Shown piece after piece: positions 49,281 through 62,320 of a DNA stretch of 64,000 bases. Numbering within the stretch: position 1 is the first letter of the stretch; each line of letters opens with the position of its first letter. Where the stretch lies: assembly GCA_030390025.1 (NCBI GenBank), contig CM059433.1:14014001-14078000 (forward strand), in the 5' to 3' direction. The notes under the pieces are model-generated. The model was given only the letters and a program-made list of their open reading frames with translations, made no database searches and was not told where the DNA came from. This DNA comes from Squalus acanthias (lineage: Eukaryota). Made by a program: the position numbers and the translations under genes.

Positions 49281-52200
49281 TATTAGCAACAGGAAACCTG
49301 GCTGATCATTTCCCCCTCACTTGCCCAGGTGGATTGATGCCCATTGGATGCCAATTGCGGTCCCAGTTGCGATCAGTACAGTCCAAGGATAAAATCTGGG
49401 GTCTTCTGGTTTGTACCACTTAGTACCACACCAGCTAGCACCTTCACTCACTAACCCATTGGGATAGCTTGAGGATCAGTTTTACTCACATTATTTGCAG
49501 TAAAAAGAAACTGGTAGTCAGTTACTGTCACAATGCAGGCATGCTTATTATGATGCCCAGTGGTCGTGAAAGGTGCTTTATAAATGCAAGTCTTTCTTTC
49601 TTTAAAAGGTGGGAAGCTGGATTCAATGCATTTCTTGAGAAGGAAGAGATTAAGAGATATGGTGAGAAAGTGGGCAGGTTCATGGTGAATCCACTGAATC
49701 AAAAGGGACAGACTGGGTCCTTTTCTGTTGCTAAAGATTATTTAGTTCCAATTCCAGATGATCAAAAAACGTGTTCCCTTGTTCGAATCAAAAATTACCA
49801 TATTTAAATAATAATTCCAGACCCTGATGGCTCTATATATTAATATCATTAATACCTATTGTTTTCATTAGTGGCCAAGGTCACTTAGACTAATGCAGTA
49901 CACATAATTGGAAAAGAAAATGCTTTATTGATATGTTTACAGCAGAATGCAGGTTATGAAATGATGCTTGCAGTGATGTCATTTGAATGTTCCCATAGAA
50001 TGACCATTTAAAAATTAGCTGTTGTTCATTGCACACTTTGGCATCACGTCTTAGGCGTCACACTTTTTACGTGCAAATTATAGTCCCACACTTTTACTTA
50101 ACATGCTCAAATTTCTATATATATTTTAAATCATATCTCAGGTTGCCACTTGAAACAGTTATCAGGGAAACTATAACAACAAATTTCAAATAAGGACAGG
50201 ATTTGTCCTAGACTTTGGAGTCCATTTTCCTCTATGGGTGGACATTGGTTGACTGACAGATACAGAGCACCAGAGCGGCCCTGCATGGCACAGGCACACT
50301 CCTGGTACAACTCATCTCTTGGGCCTTTCACTAGACATTCAGGAGGGAACCAGCTACTCTGCTGGCCAACAACACCGAGGCCTTCTGGCTGCTGCTGGAG
50401 AACAACAGCCAGAAGGTCTCAAGGCCTTCAGATTGGGCTTGGTGGTGGTTTGAAAAGCAGATTGCAGTTGCCAGCAAAAATCTTCTGGTTGTTCCAGGGC
50501 CCCAGCAGAACCCACCTCCACCTCCCCCACGCCCCTCAACCACCCCCCGCCCCCCCACCCCGCAGTCAACAGGGGCCCAGCTGCAATGCACGACACATGC
50601 AGAGAACAAGATTAGGCTGTTAGTCTGGGAACGCCCGCCTCCCCCACCACCTCATTATATTGCTAACGCTGGGCCCACAAGTAAATGCAGGCCCACTTAC
50701 ATCAAATGGGAAAGACCCAGGAAATTGTAGAGCAGTGCGGTGGGGGTGGAGATCTGATGTAATGGGTCTCTGCCCCTTTTTCTCTTTGCTGCGTCTGGGG
50801 AATGCTGAATTCCTAGGCACAGCAAAGAGGAAAATCCACCCTCTTGGCTTGAGGTGGCTGTTAAACTCCCTCAGCACAACGACTAACCAGCAACCAAACC
50901 AAAGCCTAGAAAAAAATACCGCACGTTTGTCAGAATTTGCAATATACAGAGAAACACCCCAACAACAATAATAGCGATTGATACAGGAGTCAGAACGTCT
51001 TGGTATTCTCAACTTTAAAAAAGAAAGAGAGAGAAAGCCAGGCAAATGGAATTGTTGGTCATGAAATGTGGGTGATCCATGGGCGGCAGCTCGGCAGCTG
51101 AAGTGCGGTGGAGTGGGGCTCCCGTCCACTTGCAGACACAGCCGTAGACCTTGTCCCAAATCACCGTGATAAAGCCATTACCATAATAGGGATGGATGGC
51201 CTGTGCTTGTATGGACACAATGATGGTGGCAAAATCAGAGTGGTGCCATGCCAATCCAGTGATGGGCTGAGAGGCCTGAGAAGGACCAAAGAAACAAAGC
51301 GGTCAAAATATTCAAGTGGTCCTAAGGGAGCAAATGACCATTTTCAGAAAGGTAATCACCCCTTCAGGGGTCGAATGCCTTTCTCTAATGCAGGCCTGGG
51401 GACTTTACTAGGCTCTCAATAGAACTCATGCCATTTGTCAGCTAGCGAGAGTTCCAGTAATCCTCATCAAGGGCATAAGGGGCAGAGTTCCTAGGTCAAG
51501 AGCTGTACAGAAATGCCCCCAAGTCAGTCCCGGGACATTGTGGAGGCGGGGTGGGGGGGGATTTGGAAGTCTCACCCACCTCTCCCCTAACCAGAATTTA
51601 GGCCAGAATTGAAATTCTGTGAATCCAGATTCCACCCTCCATGGGTGAACAGCCCGCTTAATACCTTCCCCAGTCCCCGGAATTTCAATGGATTGGCATG
51701 CCCTTTCTAGTTTGTAATGCATTCTAAATAGTTACAGGAGTTGGCTTTCTTTTATTTACAATGAGAACTGAAAAATAATGATTTTTTTAGTTAGCAACCT
51801 CTCATAGCAATTGTCTTGTTTATTTATCTACCAGTAGACTGTTTTGTGCAGTGGCAACAATATTGTAGTTAGAAATCTCTGAAAATATATCAAAACTACA
51901 TGTTGCAGTGTGACAGGCAATCGATGCTGTCTCAGACCAGAGTGCAAGTTCGGATAATTTTATATTATGGCTGTTGTACCAGTGAGGTTTGCATGGCTTA
52001 ATTCATCATTGGAGCTTTGTCCAAGCATGTCTGTTAACCAGCAATACTATTTATTGGTTTTGTTTTGGTAACAGAAAGCTGTACTGTAATCCACATTTAC
52101 AATGGGAAAGTAATACAAATATATCAATGTTTAATGTTAGCTCTATACTTCCTTTAGTGAGGGAAAACTGAAAGAGTGCTCAAGTCTGGATGTCTGCTGT

Positions 52201-53793
52201 TTCTATGCTTTCTTGGATGTAAATTTGATCTTGCATTAAATATCTATTCTTTCAAATTCAGCAGAGTAATATTGGAAGTGATTTAACATTTAAAACTTCA
52301 GATAACAAAGAACCCAATTTAGCTATTGGAAAGACTATGGTTTCTAAATACCACTAGTTTATTGATCGAGCAAACATATGTTGAAATTTTAGGCTAATAT
52401 TAGTTCCCAATGCGCCTGTGGCTATCTATACATAAGAACGATCTATGTATCTCTTTTTTGGTCCAGTCACCGCTCAATATCTTCCGCACATTAAATGGGT
52501 CCAAGTGCAGCAAGTCCACTTGCTGCCTGGGTAATTGACCACAAGCCAAGATCTATATCAAGTAATTCCAGCAGAAAGACCAAACTCGCAGCAAAGCTCA
52601 GTCAATAATATAATGAAACAGCAGCTTTGAGATAGGAGCCGTTCACCTCAAAGGGTCACCGAAAACAAATGACAAAACATAAAGCCAATTTCAGTCTCGC
52701 CAAAAGAAAAACAAGCAATCTTAACATTTGACAGTAGATAATTTTCAATCTCACTGATTCCAGTGTTTTCAATTTCTTAGCCCGAAGGGTATACACGCCA
52801 TACTGACCTTAGCGTAATACGACCTTTAGTCAAGACAAATCGCAATATTCACACCCACCTGGCAGCAGAGCATAATATAATACACACACCTATATACATT
52901 TATATGTTCCTGAAATAAAAGATTGTTGAGTTATTCAAAAAGCTGCAGCCACTACCATTTTTTTTTTTACTGTGGATTCAATTATGTTGTTACATTGAGA
53001 TATGTAGCAATTATTTTGTTTCAGAGATTTACATAAAAAGCTTGCTTGGTATTACATAAATTAATCTAATATCATTTTTGTTGCTATCCTACTTATGTTT
53101 AAAGAGTTCTTGAGTTCAGCTGTCTGGTTTTTCCATCTTCTCTTGGATGTAATTGTAAGCTTGCATGAAGTATCTGTAATTTGGAGATCAGGGCAGTGAT
53201 TTAAATTTTCAAACTTTACATAACACTTTTTTTTTTAGATAGATAGGAATTTAAAAGTACGACTAGTTTTGTCTTTTGTCACTTATTTAAACTGCAGTGG
53301 AAAATCATGTTTTATGATAAACCTTTCACTTTGAACGAGGCCATTTGCTGATTGGGGTGACATTTCTCTGGGTAGTGCAAAACCAGCGACAAGTACATCA
53401 GCAGCCCGTTGTACACCCCACCAGAAAATGGGGCGGTGTATAAAACGGGCTGCCCAATCACTGTCGCCCAAGTCGAATTTCTACCCCCTTGTGATACTTT
53501 GTGACAATAACACAAATCAGTGTGATAGCTCATTGCAACAGTTTCTGTCATCCTTAGCTCAAGGTATGTGGAGTACTTTGTAGCATTAGGGAAAGGATGG
53601 GAAAGAAAGGGAGATCATTGCTGAGCTTATAGAAGTTAAAAAAAAGTCGAGAACAAAATGCATAAGAGCGTAATCAGACAAAAATTGACACCGAACCAAT
53701 GGAGGAGATATTAGGGCAGGTGAATAAAAGCAGCAAATTAATCCTCGCCTATGTTTCTCTCTTTCTGTATTTTCCTACATAACATATTTCTTG

Positions 53794-54110
53794 ATGCGGA
53801 GATGCCGGTGTTGGACTGGGGTGGACAAAAATGAGAAGTCGCACAACACCAGGTTATAGTCCAACAGTTTTATTTGAAATCACAAGCTTTCGGAGCGGCT
53901 GCTCCTTCGTCAGGTGAAGTGAAGGAATACAAATCAGCAAAGCATATATAGACAGAGAACAATGCCTGTGTAGCGTACAATGTCAGACGACTACAGTAAA
54001 TCTTTCTGCCCTCCATCACACCTCGGCAGAGAGACAATCAGGCCAGTCAGGGAGGCATTACATCAAAGACACAGCAAAATACAGCTAAGACAATGAGGTG
54101 GGGTCACAGG
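53794..54110 (-). mobile_element. Penelope-like terminal fragment (second family)
   Basis: Minus strand: hammerhead motif, AATAAA, then CTGTTGGACTATAACCTGGTGTTGTGCGAC..CCCCAGTCCAACACCGGCATCTCC; related copy at 58675-58758. Right boundary approximate. Confidence 0.75.
53880..53917 (-). ncRNA. Minimal type I hammerhead ribozyme motif
   Basis: UCAC-CUGACGA-A-GGAGC(AGCC)GCUCC-GAAA-GC-UU-GUGA: intact core, perfect stems I and II, palindromic AGCU stem III. Confidence 0.75.
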
Positions 54111-55589
54111 GGGTCCAACGTGTCAAATGCTGCAGTCTGTATGGTTAAGCTTTTTACTTTTTTTTAAAAACTGGAAATCACATCTGTGAACAAGCCAATG
54201 ACGACTCGAGTCTGGATGACTCTACGTCATATTTCTTGTTCTGTATTCTACATTGAATTACATAGAATGAACAGCACAGTAACAGGCCATTCAGCCCAAC
54301 TCGTCCATGCCGGTGTTTATGCTGCATACGAGTCTCCTCCCACCCCTCTTCATCAAACCCCATCAGCATAATATTCTAATAAAGTTTCGATCAGTCCTTT
54401 CCCCTGCATTTCCGCTGCTTCTTTTGGCAAATCAATAATCAGTGTTTTGTTTCATAGCCAAGCTGAATGTTTTGCTTTCTCTAAACTGCAATTTATGCAG
54501 CCACAGCTTCTTATCAAAATAGCAAGTCAATTCAATCTGTAAATGTTTCTAAACTAATTTCTTTTTTACAGTAACAAAACTAGGGTTTTTATGACACCAG
54601 CACTTCGTGCTTCATCATCTCGTGCCCGTTGACCAAGAAAGCCTCAAAGCTCTGTTTACAAAGCCAGGAGAAAAGCAGCTGGGAGGAGCTTGGGATCAGG
54701 CAGAGAAACTGCGTCAGCGGAATAGAGTTTGATATCCCCATAGAACAAGCAGAGATCTAAAGCTTGGTCATACCTCAAGCCAGACCTCATTTCATTCCCA
54801 ATTTGCATATTGTTTTAACTCACCAGCCTCTGACTTTCTTCCAGGGTTTCCACATTTTGACAAGTCCAAAAATTGGTCAAGCGGTGGTAAAGGACAGGAG
54901 GTGTTAGAAAAATGTATCCCCTATTGGTGTATGCTTTTTAGAAATGTCTAGACAGTCCGCTCAAAAATCAATCTATCTGATTCAAATCTGGACAGGAGGT
55001 AGCATCCCTAATGGCTTCCATCACAGCTTCCACTTAATCTACTGAAGTACACGTGAACATGACCTTAGGCTGACGCAAGTTCCTGTATATTCCTTTAGAC
55101 TGATGAAGTAATTATATCTTTATTTAGAATCCAGACATAATAAAAGAAAATTATTAGTAATCTGCTTTTCAGAAGTATCCACTTGCTCAATAGTGTAATC
55201 TACCAATCAACGTAAAGGAAATAGTTTTCAAATTACTTTTACTGTCAATCATTGCAATGAGAGGAAAACTTGAACAAATGGTGCTTCAGAAAAGGAGAGA
55301 TGATATTTAACGGTGATTGTAATTACCTTAAAATAAAATGGAATGGGAAAAAGGATTTTCTAAAATCTCAGCCAACAGAATCAAAGCAAAAAGGTCTTCT
55401 TGACTCAGCATTCATCAAGTATCAGTAGCGAGGTTGAAATGGTGGACAACTTAGAGATAGGACATCATAGACTCACAAAATCATAGAAGGAAGCCAGTCA
55501 TCCATTGTGTTGATACTAGCTCTTCAACTGAAGCTATTTCTCTAATCTCATTTCACTGCCTTATCTCTCTTCTTTCATATTGTTACGTA

Positions 55590-56790
55590 GAATATACAGC
55601 ACAGAAACAGGCCATTCAGCCCAACTAGTCTGTGCTGGTGTTTATACTCCACGAGTCTCCTCCCATTCCATCTACCTCATCTCAGCCTTTCAGCATATCT
55701 TTCTATTTCCTTTTCTCTCATGTACTCATCTAGTTTCCTGTTGAAAGCATTTAAGCTATTTGCCTCAAACACTTCCTGCGGTAGCGAGTTCCACATTCTA
55801 ACCACTCTCCGAGTAAAGACATTTCTCCTTATTTCCCAATTGGATTTATTAGTAACTATTAGCCCCTAGTTTTGGATTCTTCCACAAATGCAAACATTCT
55901 CTCCACATCTACCCTGTCCAACCCATTCATAATTTTAAAGATCTCTATCAGGTCACCGCTAAATCTTCTCTTTTCTAAAGAAAAAAACCCCAACCTGTTC
56001 AATCTTTCCCGATATCTGTTATTTCTCAGTTCTGGTACCATCCTTGTAAATCTTTTTTGCACTTTCTCCAGTGTTTGTATGTTCTTTTTATAGTATGGAG
56101 ACCAGAACTGTGCACAGTACTCTAAGTGTAGCCTGACAAGGGTCCGATACAAGTTTAACTTAACTTCACTACTTTTGAATTCTATACCCCTCGAAATAAA
56201 TCCCAGTGCTTTGTTAGCATTTTTAATTGCTTTGCCAACCTGCTACTTTTAATGATTTGTTCACCTGTATCCCTAGATCCCTTTGATCTTCTATCTCATT
56301 CAGTTTTTTTTATTTTCTAAGGTGTAGGTGATGTTTCTATTTTTCCTACCAATGTGCATCACCTCACATTTATCTATGTTAAAGTTTATTTGCCACTTAA
56401 CTGCCCAGTCTGCAAGTTTTCTAACGTCATCTTGTATTATATTTCATTCTACCTCAGTGTTAGCCATACCCTCAGTATGGTATCATCTGCAAATTTTTAT
56501 ATTGAGTTACTTGTTCCTAAGTCCAAACCATTAATGACAATTATGAATAACAATGGTCCCAACACTGATCCTTGTGGAACACTGCTTTCTACCTTCCTCC
56601 AATCTGAATAACTACCCTTTACCCCTACTCTCTGCTTTCTATTTTTTAACCGATTTGCTATCCATTCAGCTATTTGTCCCCTGACTCCATATGCCCTAAT
56701 CTTTGTCATGAGCCTTCCATGTGGTACCTTACCGAAGGCCTTTTGAAAATCCAAGTATATGACATCAATACATTAACCTTGACTACTCTT
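55590..56790 (-). mobile_element. CR1 LINE 3' portion
   Basis: [47 protein letters not shown]. Confidence 0.92.
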
Positions 56791-56924
56791 CAAATACTCA
56801 CCCAAGTTCCCTCTTAAATGATGTTATGGTCTCTGCCTCACTAGTCATTCGTACTCAAGCATTTTATGTCCTGATGGCGCTCTGTGAAAAATAATTAGTC
56901 TAACTTTCCCCCTTATTTCCCTTG

Positions 56925-57235
56925 GGTGCCAGCCTTATCTCAGTGCTGGTGCTATTGCCTTTGAGTCAGAAGATTGTGGATTCAAGCCCCATGTATGAGA
57001 CTTGAGATATAATGTACGTTGACATTTCAGTGCCGTATTGAGGAGGTGCTGCACAGTCAGAAGTGCGTTCTTTCAGGTGACAGCTTTATCAAGGCCCTGT
57101 CTGCCCTCTCAGGTGGAAATAAAAGGTCCTGTGGTACTATTTGGAGAAGAGCAGGGGAGTTCGCCTGGTGCCCTGGCCAACACGTACCCCTCAACCATAG
57201 TAACTGAACCAGATTATTGAGTAATTTATCAAACT
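56925..57235 (+). mobile_element. Deu-domain SINE, 5' two-thirds, diverged
   Basis: Head and CTCTCAGGTGGA..GAAGAGCAGGGGAG core. Confidence 0.7.
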
Positions 57236-57351
57236 ATATCAGAGGTTTTCAAATTTCTCAAACCTCTTCAGTTCCAATGGAAAAACCCCACTTTTCAATC
57301 TTTCCTTCATAACTATAACCTCTCATTCCCAGTAACATTTTAGTTAATCTT

Positions 57352-57735
57352 ATAGAATGATACAGCACAGAAGGAGACCATTCAGCCGATCATGCCTGTG
57401 CTGGCTCTTTAAAAGAGCTATCCAATTAGTCCCACTCCCCTGCCCTTTCCCCATAGCCCGGCAAAGTTTCCCCTTCAAGTATTTACCGAATTCCGCTTTG
57501 AAAGTTATTATTAAATCTGCTTCCACCACTCTTTCAGGCAGTGCATTCCAGATCATAACAACTTGCTGCATAAAAAAATTCTCCTCATCTCGCCTCTAGT
57601 TCTTTTGCCAATTACCTTAGTTAATCTTCTCTGTACCCTTTCCACGGCTCAAATATCTTTCCTATAATGAAGAGCCCAGAAAAGCGCACAATGCTCAAAC
57701 CAATGCCTTGTTCAAATTGAACATCACTTCCCTGC
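57352..57735 (-). mobile_element. CR1 3' fragment(s)
   Basis: Matches 31722-31990. Confidence 0.8.
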
Positions 57736-58197
57736 ATTTCTTTTCAATGCAGGAGCAGAGTGAATGAGGGCTTTGGTCCCTGAGTAAGGGTATAGCCCCT
57801 ATAAGGATAGCTGCACTTGGAGTGGCAGGAAGCATGGGGTTGGACAGTCAAGGGAAGTGGGGAAGGAGGGCTCCAGCTCCTAAAATTGGCCACCTACCCA
57901 TGACCCGCCCTGATGTATGTAAATGATGGCAAGGGAGAGAGGCAGGGGATTCGAGTTGGTTCCTCTCCATTCCCGCCTTTGTACCACCGATGGAGGGGAA
58001 GGCCAGGATAAAGGAGGCAACAGGGACTGTGGCAGCGAGGGGCAAGTGGCCTAACTGGAAGGTGGGGGATCTGGCCACCTCTCCCTCTTCTAGCCTCTCC
58101 AACTGCCTGCTCTTTGGCTGCTGGGTTTAGCTGGAGCCCATTCAAAATTTAACCCCAGTGCATTTAGGTGGCTTCTGCTCCCTTTAACATTGGCCCT

Positions 58198-59367
58198 GCC
58201 CCTGGCTCGGAGGCAGGAAGCAGAGGGTAATGGTTGATGGGTGTTTTTGTGACTGGAAGGCTGTTTCCAGTGAGGTTCCGCAGGGCTCAGTACTAGGTCC
58301 CTTGCTTTTTGTGGGAAATATCAATGATCTAGACTTGAATATAGGGGGTATGATAAAGAAGTTTGCCGATGATACTAAAATCGGCTGTGTGGTTGATACT
58401 GAAGAAGGAAGCTGTAGACTGCAGGAAGATATCAATAAATTGGTCAGGTGGGCAGAACAGTGGCAAATGGAATTCAATCCGGAGAAGTGTGAGGTAATGC
58501 ATTTGGGGAGGGCTAACAAGGAAAGGGAATACACATTAAATGGTAGGACACTGAGTAGTGTAGAGGAACAAAGGGACCTTGGAGTGCATGTCCACAGATC
58601 CCTGAAGGTAGCAGACCAGGTAGATAAGGTGGTTAAGAGGGCATACGGAATGCTTGCCTTTATTAGCCATGGCACCCGACGAAGGAGTTGTAACTCCGAA
58701 AGCTTGTGATTTAAAATAAAACTGTTGGACTATAACCTGGTGTTGTGCGACCTCTCAATAGAATACAAGAGCAGGGGGGTTATGCTTCAACTGTATAAAA
58801 CACTAGTTAGGGCTCAGCTAGAGTCCTGCGTGCAGTTCTGGTCACCACATTACAGGAAAGATGCGATTGCACTAGAGAGGATACAGAGGAGATTTACAAG
58901 GATGTTGCCGTGAGTAGAGAATCTTAGCTATGAGGAAAGACTGGATAGGCGGGGTTTGTTTTCCTTGGAACAGAAGAGGCTGAGGGGAGACCTTATTGAG
59001 GTGTATAAAATTATGAGGGGCCTAGATAAAGTGGATAGAAAGGACCTATTTCCCTTAGCAGAGGGGTCAAAAACCAGGGGGCACAGATTTAAAGTAATTG
59101 GTAGAAGGTTTAGAGGGGATTTGAGGGGAAATTTCTTCACCCAGAGGGTTGTGGGGGTCTGGAACTCACTGCATGAAAGGGTGGTAGAGGCAGAAACCCT
59201 AACCACATTTAAAAAGTACTTGGATGTGCACTTGGGATGCTGTAACCTGCAGGGCTATGGACCAAGAGCTGGGAAGTGGGATTAGGCTGGATAGCTCTTT
59301 GTTGCGCGGACATGATGGGCCGAAATGGCCTCCTTCCATGCTGTAACTTTCTATGATTCTATGATTC
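58198..59367 (+). mobile_element. CR1 LINE 3' portion with an 84-bp Penelope insertion (about 58675-58758)
   Basis: [37 protein letters not shown]; tail TTCTATGATTCTATGATT. Confidence 0.93.
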
Positions 59368-61029
59368 AGATGCTGCAGCATATACTCCACTGCAGCAGCA
59401 TAACTTTTTACTCCTTGGGATTGGCGGACTTCCACTGAAAAGTGGAGATTCCACCAGTAGTTCTTCCGGCATCCTTTACTGAGCTTGACCCAGGAATACA
59501 GCTTGGTTCCATGGAGGGGTCAGACTGATAAGTGGAAGTCCCACCCCAGTCCACATCCGGTAGCAACCGTCCCTTAAGAAAAATTCCCCTCCAAATGTTT
59601 TAAAAGATTTAAACAAATGCGGGAGAAAAGGGATGTAAAATTATATTAAGATAAGGACAGTGGGGCAGAAATTCATCTTGGAGCATAGCGCAAAACGGGT
59701 GGTATTGAATTGGCCGCCTGTTATACGCCCCCACTTGATATTCAGTTCTATATATAGGTGGGTCATTTAAAAGGAGGTTTTCTCACCTGTACCACCAAGC
59801 ATTATAACGGTTAGTCCCTTTTAATTCTTTCAGCCATTTTTTTATTACTTCATAACAATTTGTTGGAGTGTTCTTATTTGTCACATGGCAGGCAATATTT
59901 TTCGTTTCAATCATCTATTAAGGAGACCATCTTCCTAAAATAAAGTGTTTGGCAAATCCATCCCTTTTAATTTAAAACCCAAAACAGGATAATCTAAGTA
60001 TATGACATGATCACAAGAAAAATGATGAATGGATCTTCAGACTCCTTTCCCTCATTAAACAAAAAAACCAGGATGTCAAACACTTGAAATATTGATTCCT
60101 GTTTACATTATTTATGTAATTCATATTTTTGTGGGAAAATATTATTTATAGCTATGTTCTCAGTTGTACTAATTCTGGCTAAATTCCCAGTTTTTTTATT
60201 CTTTATCAAATAATGTCAAACCACGATTGGACTTCACAAATCTTCAATAGGAAAATCAGTTCAAAGGAAATAGCTCTAATAGTAATGTTACTTTTGAAGA
60301 AAAGATTCTCTGTAATTATATTTCTATAATTTCAAAGATTTAGCTATTTATGCTTTGCACATTTATCTCATCTGTGTAAGGCATTAAGCTTTTAATTATA
60401 GTTTTTGGGTTTTGTGTACAATTCCACAACAATGCAGTTGACTTTTATATCTAATGCAGTTGTGCATTATATAACTCACAGCTATTTCCAGAGGTGAAAG
60501 AGTGCCACAGTCCTAACTCATTTCCTTACTCCTCCTTAAATTAAAGGCAGTCAGCTTGTCATGACCGCTCTGGAGATTAGTCTTCCGAATACTTAATTTC
60601 TCTGACTACAATATAAAAAAACAATTCTGCTGTAGCTCCTAGTGGCAAAGTCAAACTCATACTAAAATGAAATAGACAGTGCAGCATGTTCGGACAGAGT
60701 ATGACACAGAGTTGTAAGATGCAGTTCCCTCACCATATAGTTCTCTACGTGACAGGTTCCTGATGTTGATTGTGCAAGTAGGGAGGTGCTTAGCAGAGTC
60801 CAAGTGCTTCATCCGTGAGAGGAGGAAGATTGAACCACACCTGACTACTCCATACACACCAACCTAGAACATTAACCAAAGATGACCAACAACTTTAGAA
60901 ATGTTGTCCCAACGTCAAAAGCTGACAACTCAAATGGTGTTACATATAGGTACGCAACATGTGAAAATAAATTACATGACTTATGCTTTTTGTACCAGAT
61001 ATCAGAAGGGACTACATAGTAGACAGTAC

Positions 61030-61758
61030 AGTGTCAGCTGTGGCTCAGTGGTAGCATCTCGCCTCGGAATCAGAGGCTGTGGATTCAGGTCCCACTCCAG
61101 AGACTTGAGCACATAACCTCGGCTGACACTCCAGTGTAGCATTGAGGGAGTGCTGCACTGTCGGAGGTGCCAGCTTTTTGATGAGACGTTAAATCGAGGC
61201 CCCGTCTGTTCTCTGAGGTGGACGTAAAAAATCCCATGGCACTATTTCGAAGAAGCACATGAGCGTTCTCCCCAGTGTCCTGGTCAATATTTATCCCTCA
61301 ACCAACATCGCCAAAAAAATCACTAATACAAAAGCAAAATACTGCGGATGCTGGAAATCTGAAATAAAAACAGAAAATGCTGGAAATACTCAGCAGGTCA
61401 GGCAACATCTGTGGAGAGAGAAACAGAGTTAACGTTTCAGGTAGGTGATGGGTTCTGACAAAAGATCATCGACCTGAAACGTTAACCCTGTTCCTCTCTC
61501 CACAGTTGCTGCCTGACCTGCTGAGTATTTCCAGCATTTTCTGTTTTTATTTCACCAAAAAAACAAATGTTCTGGTCATTATCCGATCATTATCTGATCG
61601 CTGCTTGTGGGACCTTGCTGAGTGCAAATTGACTGCTGTGTTTACGGTATTATAACAGTGACTGCACTTCAAAAGTACTTCATTGACTGTAAAACGCTTC
61701 GGGATACCCTGAGGTCGTGAATGGCGCTACATGAATACAAGTCTTTCTTTTTCTTTCT
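61030..61758 (+). mobile_element. Deu-domain SINE split by a Penelope foldback (about 61327-61554)
   Basis: The SINE halves are colinear with 15187-15660. Confidence 0.85.
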
Positions 61759-62022
61759 TCACAATATAGCTAAATGTAATGGTAATGGTACAGCTTTCTT
61801 GTAGCATCACTAAACTATTGAAGTAGATGTATTAACAATAAAATGAGTTAAATACAAATAACAAATTATTGTAAAGGATAAAACAATCACCAAATGATGG
61901 AACAGGAGGCTCAAGGTAACTTTTAAAATTTTGATCATCCGTACCCCGTTATATCACAACAGATAAGCAGGTTTGGTAATTTGTTTTGAACAGGCTGAGA
62001 AGCTTGTGGCAATTATAACAAT

Positions 62023-62320
62023 GGGCTGGATATTGCGGGGAGTGTAACGGTGAGGCTAACAGCGCTCACCATTATAACGGAGTAAATCGGACGCCAATTT
62101 CCGGCGTCCACACATGCGCAGTTAAAGGCGGAAATCCAGAAGTTGCTGTCGGAGATACCCCACTCCCCCACGGGGTTCGCTGTAACGGTCCTGCTCACAG
62201 ACACTGCAGATGCCTGGCAGAGGTCGCTGTAAAGCCTGCAAAAACTTTGTGGGTAGCTGTCAGCGAGGTGAATGCGAGGCGACCGCCGTTCCTTCGCCAC
62301 TGACCGCAAAAATCCGGGCC
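62023..62320. mobile_element. 298-bp Harbinger-type MITE
   Basis: GGGCTGGATATTGCGG / CCGCAAAAATCCGGGCC ends; flanks AAT / ATT. Confidence 0.7.

Noticed and set aside
50620..51159. 179-aa minus-strand ORF
   Set aside because: No recognisable motif, non-ATG start, and it spans GC-rich repeat-like and unique sequence.
54815..54860. ATG...GTGAGT as the SNTG2 first exon
   Set aside because: It ends in phase 2, incompatible with the phase-0 exon at 48465.
59787..59934. AG/GT-bounded minus-strand segment as an SNTG2 coding exon
   Set aside because: It has a stop in the frame needed to join the 48465 exon and no other support.
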